Part shown: positions 17,596-26,064 of the stretch, piece after piece | How positions within the stretch are numbered: the first letter of the stretch is position 1 | Layout: every line of letters starts with the position of its first letter | Source of the DNA: Myxococcota bacterium | GTDB taxonomy: Bacteria > Myxococcota_A > UBA9160 > SMWR01 | Assembly (NCBI GenBank): GCA_030749415.1 | Contig: JASMKC010000063.1 | Location: 39,573-103,572, forward strand | Reading direction: 5' to 3' | DNA length: 64,000 nt | Position numbers and translations under genes: made by a program | Notes under the pieces: generated by a model | Told to the model about the DNA's origin: nothing | Database searches by the model: none | Seen by the model: only the letters and a program-made list of their open reading frames with translations

Positions 17596-17886
17596 CTACG
17601 AGCCCGACACCGAGAAGCTCACCCCCGTCGAGACACGCGGCGGTCCCGTCGTGGCACGCGGCGGTCCCGTCGTGGCACGCGGCGGTCCCATCGTGGCACG
17701 CGGCGGTCCCGGGAAAGGCGGTGCGTCGTGCTCGGCGATGCCATCCCGGAAGAGCACCCCGGCGGCGATGCCATCAGCGTCGAGCATCTCGTTGCGCTCG
17801 TCCGAGTCCCAGGCGCCGGTGAACACCGTTTCGTTTCCCTTGCGCCACTCGGTGTCGATCTCTCCGACGAGGCAGACCTTCTGCAT
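17596..17886 (-). pseudogene. short ORF: amidohydrolase-like N-terminal fragment ending in GPPRATT heptad repeats (probable gene remnant)
   Basis: 96 aa. EIDTEWRKGNETVFTGAWDSDERNEMLDADGIAAGVLF resembles the segment of amidohydrolase_2 proteins before the catalytic core. The ORF then runs into the 21-bp repeats and stops. Confidence 0.35.
17634..17711. repeat. 21-bp tandem repeat, about 3.7 copies
   Basis: CACGCGGCGGTCCCGTCGTGG occurs at 17634-17654, 17655-17675 and 17676-17696 (one G>A change at 17690), plus a partial copy at 17697-17711. Confidence 0.95.
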
Positions 17887-17958
17887 CTCTTGGGTGATCT
17901 CGAGCTGGATCGGGAGCGGGTCGGCACGCCATGCCCGCGGCAGCTCGATGAAGACACT

Positions 17959-18823
17959 TTATTCCAGCGCCTGTTGTGACCGAGCCGGTTCCATGACCCG
18001 CACCTCTCGGAGGCGCCGGACGATGCCCCAGAGACTGGCGGGATTCCGGGGATCGAAGGCGATGCCCTGGCCCGCGATCGGAGCCGGCAGTACGGCCACG
18101 CGGTCGAGCACGAACCCGGCCTCCGGGAGCCGCAACGCGTAGACCTCGGGGGCGTCGTGGCCCGTCACGTAGAGCAGGCCGCCTGGACCCCAGGCACCGC
18201 CCGAACTGCTGTAGCGCCCGAACCGCTCGACGACCGACGCGGGGTAGCGCCACGAGCCCACCGCGCGCCAGTCGTCGTCGAAGCGCACCAGCGTCGTCGT
18301 CGAAGCGCACCAGCGTCGTCGCCTCGGGACCCTTCCCGGCCACTCCGCCCCGCCCCGCGTAGTGCGCGAAGCCGACCCACCAGGCGCCATCGTGGCGGTC
18401 CACCCAGGTTGCAGAACCCGGAGCGTCGGGCAGCAGCCGGCGGCCCAGGTGCCGGAGGGTCTCGGCATCGAAGCGCTCGATCGAACTCCGCATGGGCACA
18501 GCGGGGTAGTTCGAGTGGGCGCAGTAGAGGACACCGTCCAGGACGACCCCGCTGTTCAAGTGCACGACGGGACCGTCCGCCGGGCCCTGCCAGCGGCGAA
18601 CCAACGCTCCCGAGCCGCGTTCGAAGCGTTCCACGACCCGGTTCGAGATGGCGAAGAAGTGCTCCGCATCGACTGCGACCGCCTGGCGCGCCGCCGGCGC
18701 GTCGTAGCGCCGCACCTCGATGAAGCCCTCCGACGACTCGCGTGCCGCGCAGCCCCCGGAAGCGACCCCGAGCGCAGCTGCCGCCACGAGCAGGGCACGC
18801 AGACGAGCTCCCCGGGCGCTCAC
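17959..18823 (-). pseudogene. lipoprotein gene (beta-rich, function unknown) frameshifted by a 22-bp tandem duplication
   Basis: The GTG at 18823 gives SARGARLRALLVAAAALGVASGGC (a lipobox). The reading frame switches from the 17774..19756 frame to the 17959..18534 frame exactly at the duplication. TTLVRFDDD is encoded twice. Confidence 0.7.
18271..18314. repeat. perfect 22-bp tandem duplication
   Basis: GTCGTCGTCGAAGCGCACCAGC occurs at 18271-18292 and 18293-18314, followed by 7 nt of a third copy. Confidence 0.95.
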
Positions 18824-18883
18824 GCGCAAGGGCGTAGACGAGCGCGACGGGCGCTCACGCGCAAGGGCGTAGACGAGCGCGAC
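18814..18883. repeat. perfect 35-bp tandem duplication spanning the lipoprotein start codon
   Basis: GGGCGCTCACGCGCAAGGGCGTAGACGAGCGCGAC occurs at 18814-18848 and 18849-18883. Confidence 0.95.
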
Positions 18884-18979
18884 GGGCGTCGCAAGCGTCC
18901 GGCTGCGGCACCCGGAACTTGCACCACGGCAGATGGGCGGGTAGAACCGCCCCTCACCCATCGCGAAGGAGAGCCTGCC

Positions 18980-19852
18980 ATGCCGGAGTCCACACGCCCG
19001 TCGGGCGGCCTCGAGGGAACCGCCGTTCTGGTGACGGGCGGCGGCACGGGAATCGGACGCGCCTGCGCGGCGGCCCTCGCAGCGGACGGTGCGGCCGTAA
19101 CGATCTGCGGCCGCACGGAGTCGAAGCTCGAGGACGCCGCCAAGCGCATCGAAGAGCGTGCCGGCTGCGGCGGCAGCGTGCAGATCGTCGTGGCCGACGT
19201 CACCGAGGAAGATCAGGTACAGGCGGCCGTGGCGAAGGCGCTCGAACCCACGGGTGGCCTCGACGGCTGCGTGGCCAATGCGGGGGGCGGCGGAGGGCTG
19301 GGACCCTACCAGGTCCAGGACACGACCGAATTCCTGCGTGTCCTGCATCTCAACGTGCTCGGAACCATGCTCTGCATCAAGCACACGGTCCCCCACATGG
19401 TCGACGCCGGCGGCGGCTCCTTCGTCGGCATGTCGTCGATTGCCGGGCACGTGACGCACCCCTACTTCGGTGCCTACTGCGCCGGCAAGGCGGGCATCGA
19501 GGCGATGATGCGCAACGCGGCCGACGAGTTCGGGCCGAGCAAGATCCGCTTCAACGCCATCGCGCCGGGCTTCATCGCGACCGAGATCATGGAAGGCATC
19601 CCGCGCGACAGCGCGACCTACCGGAGCTACGTCGAGAACACACCGCTCGCCGACGTGGGGCAACCAGAGAACGTGGGCGACCTGGCGCGTTTTTTGATCG
19701 GTCCCGAGTCGCGCTGGATTACCGGGACCTGCATCGACGTCGACGGTGGGCACCACCTGCGGCGCGGACCCGATTTTGGACCGTTCATCGAGCCGACGCT
19801 CGGCCCCGACGTGATGCGCGGAAAATCCCCCAACGAGGAGAAACCCGGATGA
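18980..19852 (+). CDS. SDR-family oxidoreductase
   Basis: The ATG at 18980 has GAAGGAG upstream. It has TGGGTGIG (cofactor motif), the YCAGK catalytic tetrad context and PGFIATE. Confidence 0.85.
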   Translation: MPESTRPSGGLEGTAVLVTGGGTGIGRACAAALAADGAAVTICGRTESKLEDAAKRIEERAGCGGSVQIVVADVTEEDQVQAAVAKALEPTGGLDGCVANAGGGGGLGPYQVQDTTEFLRVLHLNVLGTMLCIKHTVPHMVDAGGGSFVGMSSIAGHVTHPYFGAYCAGKAGIEAMMRNAADEFGPSKIRFNAIAPGFIATEIMEGIPRDSATYRSYVENTPLADVGQPENVGDLARFLIGPESRWITGTCIDVDGGHHLRRGPDFGPFIEPTLGPDVMRGKSPNEEKPG

Positions 19853-20637
19853 TTCTCGACAGATTCCGCTTGGATGGAAAAGTGGCGCTGATCAGCGGGG
19901 CGGGGCGCGGCATCGGTGCCGGCATCGCCCGGGCCTTCGCCGAGGTGGGTGCGGACGTAGTGATCGGCGCGCGCACCGAGTCGCAACTCGCCGAGGTGGC
20001 CAAAGACGTCGCAGCCCAGGGGCGGCGCGCCGAGGTCGTGACCGCAGACCTGAGCGAACGCGAGGGCATGCAGGCGCTGGTGGGCCGGGCCGGGGATGCC
20101 TTCGGACGCATCGACATCGTGGTGAATAACGCCGGAGGGAGTCCGCCCGGACCCTTCCTCGACTTGAGCGAAAAGGCCTTCAACGGAACCTTCCAGTGGA
20201 ACGTCACCACCGCCTTCAACCTGACGCAACTCGCCGTGCCGCTCATGTTGAAGGACGGCGGCGGCAACATCATCAACATCGCGTCGGCGGCGGGCCAATT
20301 CCACGACCGCGGCTTTGTCGCCTACGGTACGGCCAAGGCGGCGCTGATCCACATGACCGCGAACCTCGCCAACGACCTGGCGCCGAAGATCCGGGTCAAC
20401 TGCGTCGCGCCGGGTGCAACCGAGACATCGGCGCTTCGCGGGGTACTCAACGCGGATCTCGAGGCGAAGATGGTCGCGCGCACGCCGCTCGGCCGCCTCG
20501 GCTCGGTCGAGGACATCTCCGCGGCCGCGGTATTCCTGGCTTCGGACGCGGCCTCGTACGTGACCGGCCGCGTGATCGCCGTCGACGGCGGCATCCGGCA
20601 CTCGAACCTCGACCTGGGGCTGCCCGACCTCGAATGA
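19849..20637 (+). CDS. SDR-family oxidoreductase
   Basis: The ATG at 19849 overlaps the previous stop (ATGA). It has SGAGRGIG, NNAG and YGTAKAA motifs. Confidence 0.85.
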   Translation: MILDRFRLDGKVALISGAGRGIGAGIARAFAEVGADVVIGARTESQLAEVAKDVAAQGRRAEVVTADLSEREGMQALVGRAGDAFGRIDIVVNNAGGSPPGPFLDLSEKAFNGTFQWNVTTAFNLTQLAVPLMLKDGGGNIINIASAAGQFHDRGFVAYGTAKAALIHMTANLANDLAPKIRVNCVAPGATETSALRGVLNADLEAKMVARTPLGRLGSVEDISAAAVFLASDAASYVTGRVIAVDGGIRHSNLDLGLPDLE

Positions 20638-20679
20638 CGGTCTACCGGGGTCCTCCGGGGGTGGCCCCGAGGCTCTACA

Positions 20680-21168
20680 TCATGCGCGCAACGCGATGAC
20701 GAAGGTCCCGATCATGGTGAAGACCAGGGCCAGCTTCGCGGCGAGCCCGAGCGCCATTCCAATCCAGGTTCCCACACCTACGCGGCCGGCCTGCGACAGG
20801 TTGCGCTGCACCGTGTACTCGCCGATCACCGCGCCCATGAACGGCCCGACGAGCACGCCGAGAATGCCGAAAAAGAGCCCGACGACACCCCCCGCGACGG
20901 CACCGACGAGCGCCCGGCGGCTCGCACCCACCCGCTGCGCACCCAGGGCGCTCGCGGCGAAATCCACCGCGTAGGTGAGTCCCGCCAACACACCAATCAG
21001 CGTCAGAGTCCAGCCACCGACCTTCTCGAAACCGTCGATCCAGGCGCCCAGCAGCAGGCCGCAGAACACGAGCAGAGCGCCGGGCAGCACCGGCAGGGCC
21101 GTGCCCCCCACGCCGACCACCACCAGGACCCCCGCCAGGATCCAGAGAGCAACTGCCGTCCATTCCAT
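20680..21168 (-). CDS. DUF456 membrane protein
   Basis: 162 aa, four TM segments, and a MEWTAVALWILAGVLVVVG...LPVLPGALLVF pattern typical of DUF456. This is only the 3' part of the 744-aa track ORF. Confidence 0.7.
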   Translation of the reverse strand: MEWTAVALWILAGVLVVVGVGGTALPVLPGALLVFCGLLLGAWIDGFEKVGGWTLTLIGVLAGLTYAVDFAASALGAQRVGASRRALVGAVAGGVVGLFFGILGVLVGPFMGAVIGEYTVQRNLSQAGRVGVGTWIGMALGLAAKLALVFTMIGTFVIALRA

Positions 21169-21194
21169 TGGGCGCTCCAGGATAGCAGTACGAC

Positions 21195-22844
21195 TCACTC
21201 GGTCGGACGGCGCAGGAGAATGGTCAGATCCTCGCCAGTCCACCCCGGTGCATAGGCCTCGTCCAGCAGCTGGCCGAGTTCGGGGAAAGCCTCGAGTTCC
21301 GCGCGGCTGTCCCGGTCGTTTCCCGTGACGCCCTCGCGCACGTCGCGCTGCAGGACGACGATGGCGGCCGGCTTCTCGCGCCGCAGGTCGGCCAGAAGCT
21401 CCCGGCGCACGCGATCCCGGTGCTCCCAGGCGAGCCGCTGCGGGACGTTGTAGATCCACCGGCTTGCCGGCCGCCGGTCGGCCATGGCGTAGAGCATGGG
21501 CTCGAAGCCCCAGACATACAGGGCGGAATCCGGCGGCGTGCGCGTCGCAATCCAGTTCGCGGCTCCCCGGTTTGCACCGTAGTGGACGTCGCCCGCCGTG
21601 TGCAGGAGATTCTCGACGCCTGCATCGGCGCCACCCGCGAGCAGGGCACCGCGCAGGCGCGCGCGTTCCCAGAAACCGAGGCCCCCGTAGGCGGGAACCG
21701 CGGGGGTCTTCCAGGCGAGCAGGATGGCCGCGGTCAGCGCCGCCACCACGCCGAGCGGAGAATGGCGAGCGCGCAGCCAGCCCTTCCAGAGACCCCAGCC
21801 GGCCGGCAGCGCGAGGAGCGTCAGACTCGCCGCAAAGTGATAGGGATAGAAGCGGGCCTGGCTGGCGACACCGGCGAGCTGGAATAGCACGACACCCGCC
21901 ACGTGGAGTGCGACCCCACGCTCGCGGGAAGCCAGCGGTGGAAGCACCACCAGCAGCAAGAGTCCCACGGGCACGAATGCGGTGAATCCAAGCAACGCGT
22001 CGCGCAGTGTCCGCAGCGTGTCGACTGGCAGGGCGAGCAGTTCGAAACGCAACGAGTGGTAGGACGGAAGAAAGACGAGGAACGTCTCGAGCGTCGCAGA
22101 CCACGCGCCCGCGGCTGCCAGCCACGCGGCGGCAACTGCGATGACCAGCGCGGCGCCAGCGGCGTAGACGAGCAGCGGCGGCCATGCCGCCGCCCCACTT
22201 CGACGCGCTCCCCGTGCAGCCAGCGCGGCGCTGACCAGGATCCCCGCTCCCAGGTGCGGCTTGAAAAGGCCCGCCACGGCGTAGAGCGCTCCGGCCCCGA
22301 GCCGAGCGCGGCCGCGGGCCGCCCCCGCGACGTCCTCTGCGCGAACGGCGAGAAAAAGTGCCCACACCACGGCCACCCCGCCGAAACTCTCGGGCTGGGC
22401 CGTGTCCCAATACTCGAGCTGAAGCTGCGCAAACAGGGCAATAGCTGCAGCCAACAGGCCCGGACGCGAGTCGCCGAGAACGCGGTCCGAAAGCAGCATG
22501 AAGGCCGGAACGAGCGACAGGTAGACCAGTGCCTCGACGCCGCGCACCGCCTCGATTCCGGGGCCGAACAACGCGTGGGCCGCCGCGTAGACCCCAAAGA
22601 TCGCCGGCGGCTTGAAGTCCCACGCGTCGAGGTAGGGCGCGCCTCCGCCTGCGATCGCCCGGGCCACCACGGCGTAGATCCCCTGGTCGCGCCCGTAGCC
22701 ATAGCCGAGCAGCAGGACCAGACCCGCCAGCAAGAGCACGGCGACACCGAGGAGAAGCCCCCGGTCTGCCGAGCGCTCGAAGCGCTCTTCGCCCACCGCG
22801 TGCTCGCGGCTCGAGTGCGGACCGGGCAACCGACCCTCCAGCAT
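21195..22844 (-). CDS. GT39/ArnT-like polytopic glycosyltransferase
   Basis: I chose the ATG at 22844. It is multi-TM, and RDQGIYAVVARAI...YLDAWDFKPPAIF matches the first periplasmic loop of ArnT/PMT-type enzymes. Confidence 0.6.
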   Translation of the reverse strand: MLEGRLPGPHSSREHAVGEERFERSADRGLLLGVAVLLLAGLVLLLGYGYGRDQGIYAVVARAIAGGGAPYLDAWDFKPPAIFGVYAAAHALFGPGIEAVRGVEALVYLSLVPAFMLLSDRVLGDSRPGLLAAAIALFAQLQLEYWDTAQPESFGGVAVVWALFLAVRAEDVAGAARGRARLGAGALYAVAGLFKPHLGAGILVSAALAARGARRSGAAAWPPLLVYAAGAALVIAVAAAWLAAAGAWSATLETFLVFLPSYHSLRFELLALPVDTLRTLRDALLGFTAFVPVGLLLLVVLPPLASRERGVALHVAGVVLFQLAGVASQARFYPYHFAASLTLLALPAGWGLWKGWLRARHSPLGVVAALTAAILLAWKTPAVPAYGGLGFWERARLRGALLAGGADAGVENLLHTAGDVHYGANRGAANWIATRTPPDSALYVWGFEPMLYAMADRRPASRWIYNVPQRLAWEHRDRVRRELLADLRREKPAAIVVLQRDVREGVTGNDRDSRAELEAFPELGQLLDEAYAPGWTGEDLTILLRRPTE

Positions 22845-22915
22845 GGCGAGCAAGTCTAACACCGGTGGAGACCTCCCCCGGTCCGGTATGATGAATCGGT
22901 CGGGAGACCCCCAAA

Positions 22916-23248
22916 ATGCAGATGACCGCCGCCTTCCTCCGTGTTCTCGTCGTCGTGCTCGCCCTCGCTCCGGCCGTTTACGCCGACGCCCCGGAGAGCG
23001 ACGGCCTCGTTCCGATGCCCATGAGCTCGCCGCATGACCCGGAACCCTTCGACGATCACATCGCAATCGAGGACTGGGACGCCCAGCGCCACTGGTCCTA
23101 CGGGACCGACCGGCTGATGCCGCTGACCCGCGGCATGGAGGACGCCGGTATCCCCCGGGCTGCGCGCTGTCCGCTCTACCTCTTCACCGTGCCCTTCGAC
23201 CTGATACAGCTTCCGTTTGCGGCGATCGGCGGGCTCTACGGAAACTAG
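22916..23248 (+). CDS. hypothetical secreted protein
   Basis: 110 aa with a signal peptide (AAFLRVLVVVLALAPAVYA). No family recognised. Confidence 0.4.
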   Translation: MQMTAAFLRVLVVVLALAPAVYADAPESDGLVPMPMSSPHDPEPFDDHIAIEDWDAQRHWSYGTDRLMPLTRGMEDAGIPRAARCPLYLFTVPFDLIQLPFAAIGGLYGN

Positions 23249-23284
23249 CCGGGCAATTCTGGCCGGTCTGGCGAGCGGATCTCC

Positions 23285-23797
23285 CTAGCGTCGGAAGCCG
23301 CGCCCGCGAAGCCTCAGCGATTGGTGGAGTGCAAAGAGGCCGAGCGAGACAAACGGCAGCAGGAGCGCTGGCCAGTACGCCTGCCAGGTTCCCGGCCCCG
23401 GAGCGACGATTGCATCGAAGTCGAGTTCACCCGGGCCTTCAGGGCCACGCACACCTGCCACAACCCGCCAGCGCGTGGCCGTGGGCAGATCCACTTCGCT
23501 GCTCCGGAAGAAGGGGTGCGCTCCCGGCTCTGCGAAGCGCTGGATCTGCCGCACGCCATGTCCGGTTTCTTCGTTCCAGGCAAGCGAAACTTCTGCTTCG
23601 TCCACCGGGTTGCCCGATGCATCTTGGACCAGGACGCTCCACCGGGACACTCCAACTCGCAGTGGAGCCGGCGCGACGAGCACGCTCACGCGGTACGGCC
23701 CAGCGGTCCCATCGGCGACCAGGACGCCGAGATCGGCGAGTGCCGTGTCGGGCACCCCCAAGAGAGCGATCACCGCGAGGACCATTCGCCGCGGCAT
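23285..23797 (-). CDS. FixH/YtkA-like Ig-fold protein with C-terminal TM anchor
   Basis: 170 aa with a signal peptide and a beta-rich core (YRVSVLVAPAPLRVGVSRWSVLVQDASGNPVDEAEVSL) resembling FixH/YtkA domains, plus a C-terminal TM segment. Its ATG abuts the upstream stop (TAGATG). Confidence 0.4.
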   Translation of the reverse strand: MPRRMVLAVIALLGVPDTALADLGVLVADGTAGPYRVSVLVAPAPLRVGVSRWSVLVQDASGNPVDEAEVSLAWNEETGHGVRQIQRFAEPGAHPFFRSSEVDLPTATRWRVVAGVRGPEGPGELDFDAIVAPGPGTWQAYWPALLLPFVSLGLFALHQSLRLRGRGFRR

Positions 23798-26053
23798 CTA
23801 CATCACCATTCCACGCATCTGCATCGGCTGCAGGGCGATCCAGATGCCCGCCGCATAGAGAACGAGCGCCAGGGCCGCCCACGGCAGACCGAGGCGCAAT
23901 GCGGCGCCTGGATCCGGTGCCAGCGTGCGCGCGAGGCGCCACCCCACCGCCACGGTGACGACGAGGCCGGCACCCAGCAACCACAACTCGAGGTCGGGGA
24001 AGAGGGCTCCCGTCAAAGCGCCCGCTGGCTTGGAGCCGCTGAAGGGGATGCCCGCGGTGAGCCCGAGCCCGGCCAGCGCGCGGTCCGCAGCCGGGGCCAG
24101 GGTTCCCATTCCCGTCCCCAGATGGAAGCTGAAATGCGCAAGCCACATGGAGAATCCGAGCGGAATGAGCGACGGCGACAACTGGACCACAATCCGGCCA
24201 ATCGAGACGTCGCGGGTACCGATACCCGCGAGCGCCCGGCCGGACGCGGCGCACGCCGGTATGAGAACGGCGGGAATCCCTGCCATCGCGACGAGCAGTG
24301 CGACACCCGGTACGGCGCGCTGCACTCCGTGCCCCAGCCATTCGGAGAAGGTCGCACCGGCCGACACGACCGGTTCCACCATGGCTCCCGCGTTCGCGAA
24401 GGCACCAAAGCTGACCAGGAGCATGAGGGCCGCCAGGTCGAATCCGGGTACCACGCGCTGGGAGCGTTTCCGGCCGAGAGCAGCTCCCGGAGCCACGGCC
24501 GCGAGACCGGCGTTGCCATGCGGACACGCCCGAACACAGTCGAGGCAAAAGGTGCAGTCGAGATTTCCCGTCTTCGTCGGCAGGAAAAGACCGGTGGGGC
24601 AGCCCGGTCCGTTCCGGTTTCCGCGCAGGCAATCGTGGGTCGCACAGTCCGAGCACACGGCGCCGTCTCGGGCGCGCACTTCGAGCGGGGAGATTCCGGA
24701 ATTGACGAAATGGAACTGGCCGATGGGGCACAGATGGCGGCAGAAGCTCCCGCGCGGGAAGAGTCCTTCGACGAGGAAGCACGCCGCGAAGTAACCCACG
24801 ACGATCCACGCCGTCCAGTAGGGGCTGTCCCACAGCGCAAGGGCTTCGTAGGCCCACAGGTAGAGGGCGAAGAGCCCGACAGCGGGCCACTTGCTGCGAA
24901 GCGCGGCCGGCCACGCGAAGGGGCGCCCGAGCAGGCGCGCCGCCAGGGTGCGCGTCAGGGTAAAAGGGCATATGGCGCAGAAAAGGTTGCCCGCGAGAAG
25001 CAGCGCGATGACCACGAAGCCACGCCAGTAGGTCCAGGGGAGAACCCCGGCGAGATTCAGCGCACTCGGCCGCTGCGGACCGAGCCAGCCATCGAGCACG
25101 ACCGCACCGGCCAGGCCGAAGAGCACTAGCTGCAGGGCGCGCCGCAGTCGCAGCGATCGCACCCTGTCCGCGAGCGCGCGGAGGCAGGTACCAGCACGCG
25201 AAGGGGGCGCCGCCAGCCCGACCGCGTGCACCCGTGAATACCGAGCCGGACCGAGCAGAACGACCACGATCGCGACCGCTGCCAGCAGCATCGGCAGGGC
25301 GCTCGCCACCCACATCAGCGCGCCGGCCGCCCTCTGATCGGCGAGGGGCGCAATCGACCATGGCGTCGGAACCTCGGCGTAGAGTGGGTAGAAGAGGCGG
25401 TCGGAGAACGCGAACGTGGCGGAGAAGAGCGTGTTGAAGACGGCCGCTGCCCCCAGATAGAGCAGCAGCTCCGGGCGCGCACCGGTTCGGCGTGCGGGCC
25501 AGGGCTCGATCACCGGATACCAGAAGAGCAACGCGGCGGCGAAGAAGCAAGCGTGCTCGAGGTCGTGCCAGAAGGGATCGCGAAGCGCTGCCTGATAGGC
25601 CGCCGGCCAGTGCCAGGCCAGAGTCGTGAGCGCCCACAGCAACAGCGCGGGCACGGGCCGCGTGAGTGCACGCAGCACCCGTCGCAGGGCAGGCCACGCC
25701 AAGAACGGACCCAGCCCGCGCCGCAGCCAGGCACGCGGCAGCCCGCGGAGCAGCGGGATGATCGGAGCACCGAGCCACAGAAGCGGGGCCGCGACACTCA
25801 TCAGCAGCCAGTGCTGCGCCATGTGCGCCTGGAGCAACAGGTCCGAAAGACCGTCGAGTGGAGAGAGGAGGGCGAGCGCAAGCACAGCCAACCCGGCGAG
25901 GAACGCGCTGCACCTCCAGGCCGGGAAGCGTTCCGGAAGCTGGCGGCGCAGCTGTACGAAGCCGCGCAGGTAGAGCCCGGCCGCCGACGCGAGTCCGAAC
26001 ACGACCGCGGGTTCGAAGGACCACGACGACAGGAGGGCGCGCGCCGTGTCCAC
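23798..26053 (-). CDS. fusion protein: caa3-type CtaG oxidase assembly factor (N-terminal) plus CcoG/FixG/NapH-like 4Fe-4S membrane protein (C-terminal)
   Basis: 751 aa. Residues about 1-280 are polytopic and CtaG-like (HMAQHWLL..., WHDLEHACFF). The rest has CAICP, CRHLCPIGQF, CSDCATHDC and CTFCLDCVRACP cysteine clusters typical of CcoG/NapH polyferredoxins, followed by further TM segments. Confidence 0.7.
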   Translation of the reverse strand: MDTARALLSSWSFEPAVVFGLASAAGLYLRGFVQLRRQLPERFPAWRCSAFLAGLAVLALALLSPLDGLSDLLLQAHMAQHWLLMSVAAPLLWLGAPIIPLLRGLPRAWLRRGLGPFLAWPALRRVLRALTRPVPALLLWALTTLAWHWPAAYQAALRDPFWHDLEHACFFAAALLFWYPVIEPWPARRTGARPELLLYLGAAAVFNTLFSATFAFSDRLFYPLYAEVPTPWSIAPLADQRAAGALMWVASALPMLLAAVAIVVVLLGPARYSRVHAVGLAAPPSRAGTCLRALADRVRSLRLRRALQLVLFGLAGAVVLDGWLGPQRPSALNLAGVLPWTYWRGFVVIALLLAGNLFCAICPFTLTRTLAARLLGRPFAWPAALRSKWPAVGLFALYLWAYEALALWDSPYWTAWIVVGYFAACFLVEGLFPRGSFCRHLCPIGQFHFVNSGISPLEVRARDGAVCSDCATHDCLRGNRNGPGCPTGLFLPTKTGNLDCTFCLDCVRACPHGNAGLAAVAPGAALGRKRSQRVVPGFDLAALMLLVSFGAFANAGAMVEPVVSAGATFSEWLGHGVQRAVPGVALLVAMAGIPAVLIPACAASGRALAGIGTRDVSIGRIVVQLSPSLIPLGFSMWLAHFSFHLGTGMGTLAPAADRALAGLGLTAGIPFSGSKPAGALTGALFPDLELWLLGAGLVVTVAVGWRLARTLAPDPGAALRLGLPWAALALVLYAAGIWIALQPMQMRGMVM

Positions 26054-26064
26054 CGCTGCGATGT

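Noticed and set aside
17634-18883. Could the tandem repeats be a CRISPR array?
   Set aside because: The units are directly abutting with no spacers, the three repeats are unrelated in sequence, there are only 2-4 copies, and no cas genes are nearby.
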